From the NCBI GenBank assembly GCA_963665295.1, contig OY762209.1, forward strand, positions 2,336,001 through 2,400,000: a stretch of DNA of 64,000 nucleotides, in the 5' to 3' direction. This document shows positions 30,889 to 39,431 of the stretch, one piece after another (the stretch's first letter is position 1; every line of letters begins with the position of its first letter). The position numbers and the translations under genes are program-made. The notes under the pieces are model-generated. The model had not been told where the DNA came from, ran no database searches, and saw only the letters and a list, made by a program, of their open reading frames with translations. This DNA comes from Syntrophorhabdaceae bacterium. GTDB lineage: Bacteria; Desulfobacterota; Syntrophorhabdia; Syntrophorhabdales; Syntrophorhabdaceae.

Positions 30889-32561
30889 GGCGCAAGCTCC
30901 CCGGCCATGCCGTCCACGGTGAGGGACTGCGTCCCGAGCCAGTTGCTGAGCCTTGTCAGGGTCGAGGGGATGAGCGATGCCCCGGAGAGTGTCGCCTCAT
31001 CGGCGAAAACCCGGCGTGTGGGCCCATCGGCGACGATCTCCCCCTGCCGCATGACCACTGCCCTCGATGCATATGCTTCGGCGATCCACATGGCGTGGGT
31101 GATGATGACTATGGTGTGGCCGGCGTCATTGAGACTTTTCAGCATATTCATGGCAGCTATCTGGTCCGCGTAGTCAAGGCCCGTGGTAGGCTCATCGAGC
31201 ACGATGACCCGGGGCTTTACCGCGAGGACGGAGGCGACGGCCACACGCTCCCTCTCTCCCCGGGTAAGGACGAAGGGCGACCGGTCCTCGTAACCGGCAA
31301 GGCCCGTGGCGCTCAGGGCGCGCGCCACTCTTTCCCCGATAGCCTGGGATGCCTCTCCCCGGACTTTGAGCCCGAACCCCACCTCCTCACGCACCGTGGA
31401 CGCGAATATCTGGTGGTCGGGGTTCTGGAACACATATCCCACGAGTCCTGCAAGGTCACGTTTCCTGTATGCGCCCGTGGGTTTTCCCTCCACCAGCATG
31501 AGTCCGGAGGCGGGCTTGAGAAGACCGTTCATATGTTTCGCGAGGGTGGTCTTTCCTGAACCGTTTTGCCCGAGTATGGCCACGAACTCTCCTTCGCGGA
31601 TGGAGAGGTTGACGGCCCGAAGCGACTCAACGTCGCTTCCCTCGTAGCGGAAGTGAAGGTCCCGCGCTTCCAGCACGGGAATTCCTCCGCGGGCGGGCGG
31701 TTCTTCGCCTGTATCGACCTGTTTCCGCCGGGAAGCGAGGTTATGGGATGTAATGAGGCCCTTGGCGTCCCCGAAGGTAAGAGGCGCGCCCGGCCAGCCC
31801 AGGGTCTGGAAAAGTGAAACGATGGGCGGCGCCATGACGCCGCAGGATTTGAGAAGCCCGGGGTCGGAAAGGATTTGCGCCGTTGGACCGCTCGCCGCGA
31901 TCCTCCCGTTCCGCATAAGCCACACGCGGTCTGCCTTGATGATGTTCTCAGGCTCGTTGTCCACCATGAGAAGGGTCCGCTTTTGTTCCTTCAGCCTGTC
32001 GGAGATGGAAAGGATGCCCTCCCGTCCCTTGGGGTCGAGGTCGGTTACGGGTTCGTCCATAACGAGGACCCCCGGTTCCAGGGCAAGGACCGAGCCTATG
32101 GCGAGGCGCTGTTTCTGTCCGCCCGAAAGGGTGGCCGAGTCGCGGTGTCCCATATGTTCGAGGCCTACGAAGGCAAGGTAACGGTCTATCCGTTCCTTGA
32201 TGACATTCTTCGGGAGTCCCTGGTTCTCAGGGCCGAAGGCGATCTCAAGCTCCACGTTGGTGGAGAAAAGCTGGGCCTCGAAATCCTGGAGGACAAGGCC
32301 TACCATCTTCGAGAGGTCGACAATGCCGCATTTTGTCACGTCCTTTCCCGCCACCGTCAGGCGTCCTCGATAATCTCCCCGGAAAAACCTCGGGACGAGG
32401 CCGTTCATGGCCATGGAGAGGGTGGATTTTCCCGCGCCTCCATGGCCCATGAGGGCCACGAAGGTCCCTTCCTCGATCTGCTCCCGGAGGTCTACGAGGG
32501 CATGGGTATCGCAGTCGCGGTAGGTGAAGAAGAGAGACTCCAGGGAGACTGAAACGGTCAT
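30885..32561 (-). CDS. ECF transporter fused double ATPase
   Basis: Two ABC domains: GHGGAGKS, LSGGQKQR; GQNGSGKT, FQNPDHQ, LDEPT. Confidence 0.93.
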   Translation of the reverse strand: MTVSVSLESLFFTYRDCDTHALVDLREQIEEGTFVALMGHGGAGKSTLSMAMNGLVPRFFRGDYRGRLTVAGKDVTKCGIVDLSKMVGLVLQDFEAQLFSTNVELEIAFGPENQGLPKNVIKERIDRYLAFVGLEHMGHRDSATLSGGQKQRLAIGSVLALEPGVLVMDEPVTDLDPKGREGILSISDRLKEQKRTLLMVDNEPENIIKADRVWLMRNGRIAASGPTAQILSDPGLLKSCGVMAPPIVSLFQTLGWPGAPLTFGDAKGLITSHNLASRRKQVDTGEEPPARGGIPVLEARDLHFRYEGSDVESLRAVNLSIREGEFVAILGQNGSGKTTLAKHMNGLLKPASGLMLVEGKPTGAYRKRDLAGLVGYVFQNPDHQIFASTVREEVGFGLKVRGEASQAIGERVARALSATGLAGYEDRSPFVLTRGERERVAVASVLAVKPRVIVLDEPTTGLDYADQIAAMNMLKSLNDAGHTIVIITHAMWIAEAYASRAVVMRQGEIVADGPTRRVFADEATLSGASLIPSTLTRLSNWLGTQSLTVDGMAGELAP

Positions 32562-32567
32562 GGGTGC

Positions 32568-33314
32568 CTAGAGGAGGAGGCCGCCGAGGATTATGAGCCC
32601 CGCCGATATCCAACCGAGGACGTTTGCGGGGAGAGCGGTGACGAGACCCGCGAGGAGTCCGAGGGCTACGCCCGCCGATACGATCCATGCGCCTATGGGA
32701 CCCACGAGTCGTCCCGAGGGCCGTTTGATATCCATCACGTCGGTCCAGAGGAGACCGAGCTGGCCCCTCGTGATGTCGTGAACGGCTATGAGGAGTACTA
32801 CCCCCGTCATGCCGCCTATGCAGTTGTTGGCGGTGATGATCTTCGAGAGGACCGTGTAGGGGACGATGCCGAGGGCATCGACGCCCACGGATATGAAGAC
32901 CGCGCATGCGCCGCTCGAAATGATCGTAATGAGGACGTACCGTATCCAGCTTATGGGGCTCTTGACCTTCCATTCGTAGGTAGCGCCGGCGGAAGGGAGG
33001 AGGGTCGTCCAGAGGGCATACACGAGGTATCCCTGGATGAAATTCCCCGCGAAGCCCGCGAGCGAGGCGGGGCCGAAGGTGCCGCCGAAGATGTCGCCGA
33101 TAAGGTTGCCGAAGGCGAGGCCCCAGGCGCCGGCGGGGCCGAAGAGAAAGCCGAAGACGACGAGGAAGATGCCCGCCACCCTCACCTCCGTGATGCCGGG
33201 TACGAGGGGTATGGCGGTCTTGAAGGCGATGAGGGCGGCCGCGTAGATGGCGGCGCAGACCGCCACGAGCACGATCATTCGCGTGTTCTTCCACATGGAA
33301 AAGGCGTAGCTCAT
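32568..33314 (-). CDS. ECF transporter S component (QueT-like family; substrate unknown)
   Basis: Polytopic protein with AAIYAA, LFGPAGAWG.AFGNLIGD; first gene of an S-A-T operon. Confidence 0.8.
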   Translation of the reverse strand: MSYAFSMWKNTRMIVLVAVCAAIYAAALIAFKTAIPLVPGITEVRVAGIFLVVFGFLFGPAGAWGLAFGNLIGDIFGGTFGPASLAGFAGNFIQGYLVYALWTTLLPSAGATYEWKVKSPISWIRYVLITIISSGACAVFISVGVDALGIVPYTVLSKIITANNCIGGMTGVVLLIAVHDITRGQLGLLWTDVMDIKRPSGRLVGPIGAWIVSAGVALGLLAGLVTALPANVLGWISAGLIILGGLLL

Positions 33315-33410
33315 GGTGGTTGTCTCCTGTGCGGCTCGATCCGATGAACCGATGGTTGAATATATGATAGGAGCGGTTTATCTGTCAATGAGAAAGAACG
33401 GGGAGGAGGC

Positions 33411-33446
33411 GAGGAGAGAGAGGAGAGAGAGGAGAGAGAGGAGAGA
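33411..33446. repeat. Tandem repeat (GAGGAGAGA)x4
   Basis: Four perfect 9-bp units just upstream of the ECF operon promoter region. Confidence 0.9.
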
Positions 33447-33504
33447 GGCGGGGAACGAAGGTTGGGAGGGTGAGTGTGTTCGTTGGTTCCGTATTGCAAG
33501 TCCT

Positions 33505-33643
33505 TAGGCGGCCGCACGAGGGGAATGCGCCATATAGACCACTCTGCAAAGGCAGGCGTGCTCTGGCGTATGAATATACGCCGACGCCCAGCCTCCCTTC
33601 ACAGCCTGGCCCATCTGACGCATCCCCCTCGTGCGGCCGCCTA
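33505..33643. repeat. 139-bp element with 25-bp terminal inverted repeats (MITE/REPIN-like)
   Basis: TAGGCGGCCGCACGAGGGGAATGCG (33505-33529) and CGCATCCCCCTCGTGCGGCCGCCTA (33619-33643), 1 mismatch. Confidence 0.75.
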
Positions 33644-34244
33644 TTCCGCCCGGCTCCAGTTAATTTATAAGAAGATAATGGTCGCCGGGGGCACTACCGC
33701 ACGGTTAGGAGAGCACTGGCGTGCCCGATAATTCCTGCTTGATATTTGAGGCGGCATGGAACAGAATAGATTCTGTATGAGAAGCGTATGTCCCATTGGT
33801 GCAAAAGGAGGGCAAACGCTTTTGCCGACCCGTTGGAAAGTAAGGAATTTGATAAATCAATGAGCGTCCATGAGGTCTCCCCAGACTCTTTAAAGTGAAA
33901 AACTGAAGCAAGGAATCAACGGAAACGAGCGCAAGCAAGTAAATAACTCTCGGTGCTCATTGCAGGATTCGGGAAGGCGACCGGAACGTCGTTTAAAGTT
34001 CAATTGACAGCCTAGATTTCTTTCGGAACCGCTCCACGTATAGCTTCCTGAAAGAGATTCTTGCCCCTGCTGCCCAGCATGAAAGGTTACAAGTGGTGTT
34101 TATCGAGCAATTGCTGCATGCAACATAACATCGCTCTGTGGGTCGATGATATGTTGCAAATAGGCGAGGCCAGACTCCCGTCATAGCGGATTGCATCTCT
34201 TTGATTTCTTAAGGAATATTCTTCAAGTTCCGATCCTTTATCTG

Positions 34245-34273
34245 TTGACATTCTCTCCACCAAATACTAAGCT
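34245..34273 (+). promoter_or_regulatory. Pc-like cassette promoter
   Basis: TTGACA-N17-TAAGCT, 32 bp upstream of the first GTTATGC core site. Confidence 0.6.
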
Positions 34274-34289
34274 TTTCACAAATTACATA

Positions 34290-34313
34290 CTGCGGTAGAT
34301 TAATTGTTATGCC
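34290..34313 (+). other. Putative integron attI-type site / cassette 5' boundary
   Basis: CGGTAGATTAATT-GTTATGCC: core site at 34306 with no attC stem before it; exactly complementary to GGCATAAC at the end of the cassette. Confidence 0.55.
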
Positions 34314-34342
34314 TCTTATGAAATAGGATAATTGCCAACAGC

Positions 34343-35131
34343 ATGGACGTGCGTATCGAGAACATAGTCACAGGCCTGAGCAAATCCGGGAGATACTCTC
34401 GTCTCCTCAGCTATATTACCGACCCCGTACGCCCCTCGTTTTTGTTCGAGCTTTTGTTTGCTAATGCCGTCGAGGATAGTGGAGTTCTTTTGAACTATGA
34501 AGTTAATGTTCGCTCAGACACGAATGCGACTGTTGATTTTGTTCATGACGACGGTGACGGCACCCGTCTTTGCTTCGAACTTGTTAGCCCAGAAATGAGC
34601 CAAGAACTTAAGCGCGAGTCTGCTCCCGTTAAGACTGACATCGAAGGCGTGTCTAGGTACTCCGTTCGGCTGGAAAGCAGACATGAAAACCAGTACTTGA
34701 GGCCAGAAGCTCTAACCATCAGGATGCAGGAAAAGCTTCTTGAGAAAGTAGGAAAATTTCCAGGGCCCAGAGACGATGTCTTTTCGACTATTGTGGTTGA
34801 TTGTTCTGCTTTTCATTTTGGCCATTTTGATGGCGAGGATTGCAGAATGGTGATTTTTGGAAGGACGCAAGAACCCCACTTCCAGGAGTTCTGGGATAAC
34901 AAGCCGATCCAAGGCATACTAAATCCCGCTAACCAGAGGCGTAGCGCGAAGGAATTCCAGGAACGTATCACGGCGGTAATATTCGTCATAGAGAAAGACG
35001 TTGCCATACTTGACAAAGCTTTTCTCGTGTTGAATGTGTCTCGGTCGATGCCGCACTTGGAAGCGTTTTGGTCAAAGTTGAGAGCTAGGCCTATTTTTGG
35101 CAAGCTAAAATATGTGGCACCAGCTCAATGA
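34343..35131 (+). CDS. Integron-cassette hypothetical protein, possible PD-(D/E)xK nuclease-like fold
   Basis: 262-aa ORF with AT-richer codon usage between GTTATGC and attC; pattern FE...YE...VDF...FELVS. Confidence 0.8.
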   Translation: MDVRIENIVTGLSKSGRYSRLLSYITDPVRPSFLFELLFANAVEDSGVLLNYEVNVRSDTNATVDFVHDDGDGTRLCFELVSPEMSQELKRESAPVKTDIEGVSRYSVRLESRHENQYLRPEALTIRMQEKLLEKVGKFPGPRDDVFSTIVVDCSAFHFGHFDGEDCRMVIFGRTQEPHFQEFWDNKPIQGILNPANQRRSAKEFQERITAVIFVIEKDVAILDKAFLVLNVSRSMPHLEAFWSKLRARPIFGKLKYVAPAQ

Positions 35132-35146
35132 ACTGTGTAAAGAAAG

Positions 35147-35237
35147 GCATAACTGCCGCGCGGACCGGACGCGGTGAAATATCGAACTTTGTTTCTGAAA
35201 GGTGGTCACGCCCGCGCCGGTTACGCTGGTGTTATGC
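35147..35237 (+). mobile_element. Integron attC recombination site
   Basis: R'' GCATAAC-TGCCG-L'' CGCGGACC-GG(A)CGCGG ... CCGCGCC-L' GGTTACG-CTGGT-R' GTTATGC; 91 bp, canonical spacing and extrahelical bases; outer IR GAAAGGCATAAC/GTTATGCCTTTC is perfect. Confidence 0.88.
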
Positions 35238-35347
35238 CTTTCATTTCAAAGTAGGTAGTAATGAGCTTTATAAAACAAATACTGTGCCGACTTTTGACAA
35301 CTAGATCTCATTCTTTAAAGAATAAGTCGTATAAATGGTGCTAAAGG

Positions 35348-35380
35348 CCATAACAAGACTAATTCAGCCGACGCAAAAAG
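35348..35380 (+). mobile_element. Truncated second attC (left arm only)
   Basis: CCATAAC-AAGACT-AATTCAGCCGACGCAAAAAG resembles typical attC left arms; the right arm is replaced by the transposase end. Confidence 0.6.
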
Positions 35381-35393
35381 AGTGGTCGAGGGG

Positions 35394-36179
35394 TCAGCCC
35401 TTGACACGGGACATAAGCGCCTCAACCCGGCCTAATTCCTTCTGTAAGGCCTTATCCCCAGCCATTTTCGCCATGAGTCGTGTGCCTGTTTTTGTCACTG
35501 CCGAGTAACTGATCCCTCCGAAGTAGTCGCCAATCTCCCGGTTCGTAAGGTCCGTATGCTTTCGCGTGAGGTATATGGCATACGTTCTATAGGGTGACGA
35601 GGTTCGCACGGTCTCTTCGGAGACTTTGAAATGGGAAGAAAGGAGACGGACGATATCCTCCACATTATGGGAGCCGAGCCTTCTACGGTGCGAAATCTCC
35701 CTGTTTTTGAACGTCCCCTCCGTAATACGTCGAAGAGTCTCTTTGATGAATTGTTTCTTTCCTATCATCATGCCGCCGTAAACCGGCGGGTCGGGGAGGT
35801 CCTTGCCGACGCCTGATTCAACGAACTCGCGATAGCGCAAAGGATCAATCATTCCCCAGATGAGGTTACGGGCAACCATGCTCTTTTGTTCGGGAAAGAT
35901 ATATGCGCGATAGCTGCTATAGGGATAGTGCTCCGCTCTTTCGACCAGTTTTGCCCGGACCGGATTGAGGTGGACGTACCGGGAAAGCTCCAGAAGACAA
36001 CTGTCTTTGTCGATAAGGATGGCCTTATACCGTCCCTGAAACAGATGGCCGGAGCGTTTCCTCTTGATGTTGAAGTAGGTGGTATATCCACTGCCCAATG
36101 CATGCATAAAGCTGTTGAGGTTGGCACGGGGTGTCTCAAGAATGAGGTGGTAGTGATTTCCCATGAGCGCGGGAGTCAA
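35394..36179 (-). pseudogene. 5'-truncated REP-associated (RAYT-like) Y1 HUH transposase with a DnaA-C-like HTH tail
   Basis: LMGNHYHLILETP (HUH), YFN...RSGHLFQGRYK, LSRYVHLNPVRA, YPYSSY; the usual N-terminal YHVxxRG segment is missing; ends in GTCAAGGGCTGACCCC. Confidence 0.85.
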
Positions 36180-36872
36180 AGGGGGACGACCGTAAACAAT
36201 TAAATAACTTTCGGCGTTCTTTGTAGAGTTTCATTGTCGAGCAGGCCCGGTCTCTGCATATGTTCCTGCTTTCTTGCGGCAATAGCGAATGCGCTGAAAA
36301 AGCCTCGGTGTAGAGTAGGTCAAGTTCGCACCAAAGCCCGGTTTCGGCCTCTTACCGCCTTCTATGTGTAACCAGCGGCTGCATGCGGGGGACAAAGGAC
36401 ACTGCTTTGCACGTGTGGCAGTTCGTCTCCTAATATGGGTCATCTACGGGCAACAAATGGAACTTAAAGGCCGTGCCGTTTGGCCGCTTTATGCTTCTCC
36501 TGACCCACTACAGGACGGTCCGAGGTAGCATTTCCGGTCAATTTCGTGCATCCATTCATGATACAACGGCCGGAATGCGGACCATATGCAACCGTCAACG
36601 CTGTCATTTCTTATTATCGCACATGCAGGACAGTAGCTCCTGCATGTCGGGGCGCTATTCTGTTTCCTCTGAAGGCCTGGTGGAGCTACGAAACATGGCC
36701 CTTACCTCTTCACATTGACTCTGAAATCAGGCTCCCTCACAATTTCTATCGGATCACCCATTGTAAATCGCTTTATCAGGTGCACGTAAAACTTATACGT
36801 GGCTTCCACATCCGTGTTATCCGGTAAAAATACTGCGATTGACATTGTTCCTGGGGGGCTTATATTTATATC

Positions 36873-37337
36873 ATGTTTTTGTATCTGGCTCAGCATGGGG
36901 AGGCGAAAAGGGAACAGGACGATCCGGCGCGGGGGCTTACGGATAAGGGTTTGCTGGACGTGGGCAAGGTGGCCGGACATCTGGCCGAGGTGGTTGATAT
37001 GCCTCTGCGGATTTACCATAGCGGCAAGACGAGGGCCATGCAGACTGCTTCCCTGTTTTACTACTCCCTGAAACCCACTGAGGAGATTATCGGGGTGGAA
37101 GGACTGTCGCCCATGGATGACCCCGGGATTTGGGGAAACCGCCTGTGGGGGATTGAACAGAACGTGATGCTCGTGGGCCATCTTCCCCACCTTGCGAGGC
37201 TCTCGGGCCAACTCCTTGTGGGAGACCCGCGAAAAACGGTGATAAACTTCAAGATGGGCGGCGTGGTGTGCCTGAAGCGCGATGAACCGGGCCGGTGGCT
37301 TCTCGAATGGATGGTGACCCCCGACGTGATCCGTTAG
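36873..37337 (+). CDS. sixA: Phosphohistidine phosphatase SixA
   Basis: LYLAQHGEA, R.LT.KG, HSGKTRAMQTA, LVGHLP. Confidence 0.9.
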   Translation: MFLYLAQHGEAKREQDDPARGLTDKGLLDVGKVAGHLAEVVDMPLRIYHSGKTRAMQTASLFYYSLKPTEEIIGVEGLSPMDDPGIWGNRLWGIEQNVMLVGHLPHLARLSGQLLVGDPRKTVINFKMGGVVCLKRDEPGRWLLEWMVTPDVIR

Positions 37338-37428
37338 CGCGGGAGGTTTACGGACGGGAATGTGCGGCGCGCCATCGGAAATTGATCGTAACTTTCATAA
37401 AAGGCAAGACAAAGGAAGGAGACAATCC

Positions 37429-38565
37429 GTGCAGAGAGATTCCGTACTTTTCAGCCCTCTGGAAATAGGCGGCCTTACCCTCCGGAACCGTATCACCATG
37501 GCCCCTCTCTTTGTGGGATACGCGGGAGTGGAGGGAACGGTCAATCAACTGGTTCTCGACCATTACATGAGGATGGCGGACTCAGGCGCGGCCCTTATAG
37601 TGGTGGAAAATGCGGGAATCGATCCGGCCGGACTCGGCTCCCCCTTCATGATCAGGATCGACGACGATTCCTGTGTAACAGGACTCACCGCCCTGGCGAA
37701 GGTCATACACCAGGCAGGGGCTAAGGCGATCCAGCAGATTAACCACGCGGGGCGATACGCTTACGGAAGGGAACGAATTGCACCGTCTCCCGTCGCGATC
37801 GGTGAGGTGATACCCAGGGAGATGACCGCCCGTGACTTCCGGCATGTGATCGGCTCCTTTGCCGCCTCTTCAAAACGGGTGAAATCGGCCGGCTTTGACG
37901 GCGTGGAACTCCACGGCGGCACAGGTTACCTTCTTTCCCAGTTTCTTTCCCCCAGGCTCAACAGGAGAAGCGATGAGTACGGCGGGGCCCTGGAGAACCG
38001 CATGCGGTTCCCTCTCGAAGTTTTGGATGCCGTGAGGGATGCGGTGGGCGGAGGATTTCCCGTGGGCTACAGGTTTCTCGCGGACGAGCTCCTGCCCGGC
38101 GGTTTCTCCATGGATGAGGCCGTGGTCTTTGCCCGTGAGCTTGAAAAGAGAGGGATCGCGTACCTGTCGGTAATGGCGGGAACCCATGAATCTTTCAAGG
38201 TCCCGCCTTACGCGGATATGGAAAAAGAAGAGGGCTACATGGTCCCTTTCGCGGCCGGGATCAAGGAAACCACGCCCCATACGCCTGTTATCGCGGCGGG
38301 TCGGATCCAGACCCCTGCATATGCGGAAAAGATCATAGAAGAGGGCAAAACAGACCTTATCGGTCTCGCGCGGGTACTCTTTGCGGACCCTCTATGGCCT
38401 AAGAAGGCCCAGGGAGTGGTTTCGGAGCCCATCATCCCTTGTGGCGAATCATGCTCTCTCTGCACCAGGATGACCATGCTCGGCAAACCGCTGTACTGCT
38501 CCCGATGGACCAGGGAAGAAAGGACATCTTTTCTGGAAAAGACGGGCCAAAAGGAAGAGGAGTAG
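37429..38565 (+). CDS. NADH:flavin oxidoreductase (Old Yellow Enzyme family)
   Basis: LRNRITMAP, QINHAGR, AGFDGVELHGGTGYLLSQFLSP..NRRSDEYGG.LENRMRF; C-terminal Cys cluster; GAAGGAG before GTG. Confidence 0.92.
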   Translation: MQRDSVLFSPLEIGGLTLRNRITMAPLFVGYAGVEGTVNQLVLDHYMRMADSGAALIVVENAGIDPAGLGSPFMIRIDDDSCVTGLTALAKVIHQAGAKAIQQINHAGRYAYGRERIAPSPVAIGEVIPREMTARDFRHVIGSFAASSKRVKSAGFDGVELHGGTGYLLSQFLSPRLNRRSDEYGGALENRMRFPLEVLDAVRDAVGGGFPVGYRFLADELLPGGFSMDEAVVFARELEKRGIAYLSVMAGTHESFKVPPYADMEKEEGYMVPFAAGIKETTPHTPVIAAGRIQTPAYAEKIIEEGKTDLIGLARVLFADPLWPKKAQGVVSEPIIPCGESCSLCTRMTMLGKPLYCSRWTREERTSFLEKTGQKEEE

Positions 38566-38579
38566 GAGTCTTCACCTCT

Positions 38580-39326
38580 TTACCCCGCCCTCAGGTATCG
38601 CAGGGCCATCCATAATCCCACTGCTGCAAAGACCACCCGAAGCAGAAGTTCGGGCAGGGCGGTCGCCGCCGTCGCTCCGAGATAGCCGCCCGCGAGCGCC
38701 CCGGCCGCCAGGCCCCACGCCATGTCCGTCCTCACGTTGCCAAGCCTGTAATGGGTTATGGCTCCCGCCATGGCCACCGGGATCATGGCCAGGAGTGATG
38801 TACCTTGGGCAAGGTGCTGGCCCATACCGGCGATAATTACCATGGGCGGCACCATGACTACTCCTCCTCCCACGCCCATCATGCCCGAGAGAAAACCTGT
38901 GGCCGCGCCGATGAAAAGGTAAATGGCGATGCCCGGCCAGAACGGAATGCCGCCGGCAAACGAGGGGAGATAGTCTTTTGCAGGGAGCATCATCGCTGCG
39001 AAGAGCAGAAATATCCCGAAGGCCTTTTTCAGCTTTTTCTCGGACAAGGAGTGGGCGAAGTGAGCGCCGAGCCGGGCGGTAAAAATGGCGCTTGCCGCGA
39101 GGACGAGGGATACCTTCCAGTCGGCGTTTCCGTGAGCGAGGTAGGTTACGGCCCCTACCGAGGCGGTAAAGGCGATTGCCACGAGGCTGGTCCCGTGCGC
39201 CTGATGCTGGGTCAGTTTCCCGAGGCCCGTCATGAGAGGGATCATGATGACCCCGCCCCCCACGCCCAGGAGTCCTCCGAAGGTGCCGCCGAGAAAACCG
39301 CACAAAACGCCGACAAGTAGCCTCAT
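38580..39326 (-). CDS. Sulfite exporter TauE/SafE (TSUP) family membrane protein
   Basis: Duplicated GLLGVGGGVIMIP / GMMGVGGGVVMVP and AxGTSL motifs. Confidence 0.9.
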   Translation of the reverse strand: MRLLVGVLCGFLGGTFGGLLGVGGGVIMIPLMTGLGKLTQHQAHGTSLVAIAFTASVGAVTYLAHGNADWKVSLVLAASAIFTARLGAHFAHSLSEKKLKKAFGIFLLFAAMMLPAKDYLPSFAGGIPFWPGIAIYLFIGAATGFLSGMMGVGGGVVMVPPMVIIAGMGQHLAQGTSLLAMIPVAMAGAITHYRLGNVRTDMAWGLAAGALAGGYLGATAATALPELLLRVVFAAVGLWMALRYLRAG

Positions 39327-39431
39327 GTAATGAAAAGTCCCGCCCGAATATACCACGGCAGCCGGTATTAGTCTATTTCAATTGCGCCGGCCCGCCCTTG
39401 TCCCCGGTGTTGCGGGAAACCGGACCGGGAC

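Noticed and set aside
33315..33400. preQ1 or other riboswitch ahead of the QueT-like S component
   Set aside because: The predicted leader is only about 45 nt and has no recognisable aptamer consensus.
34119..34158. Additional attC site
   Set aside because: The inverted repeat spans only about 40 bp and lacks the R/L box spacing of an attC.
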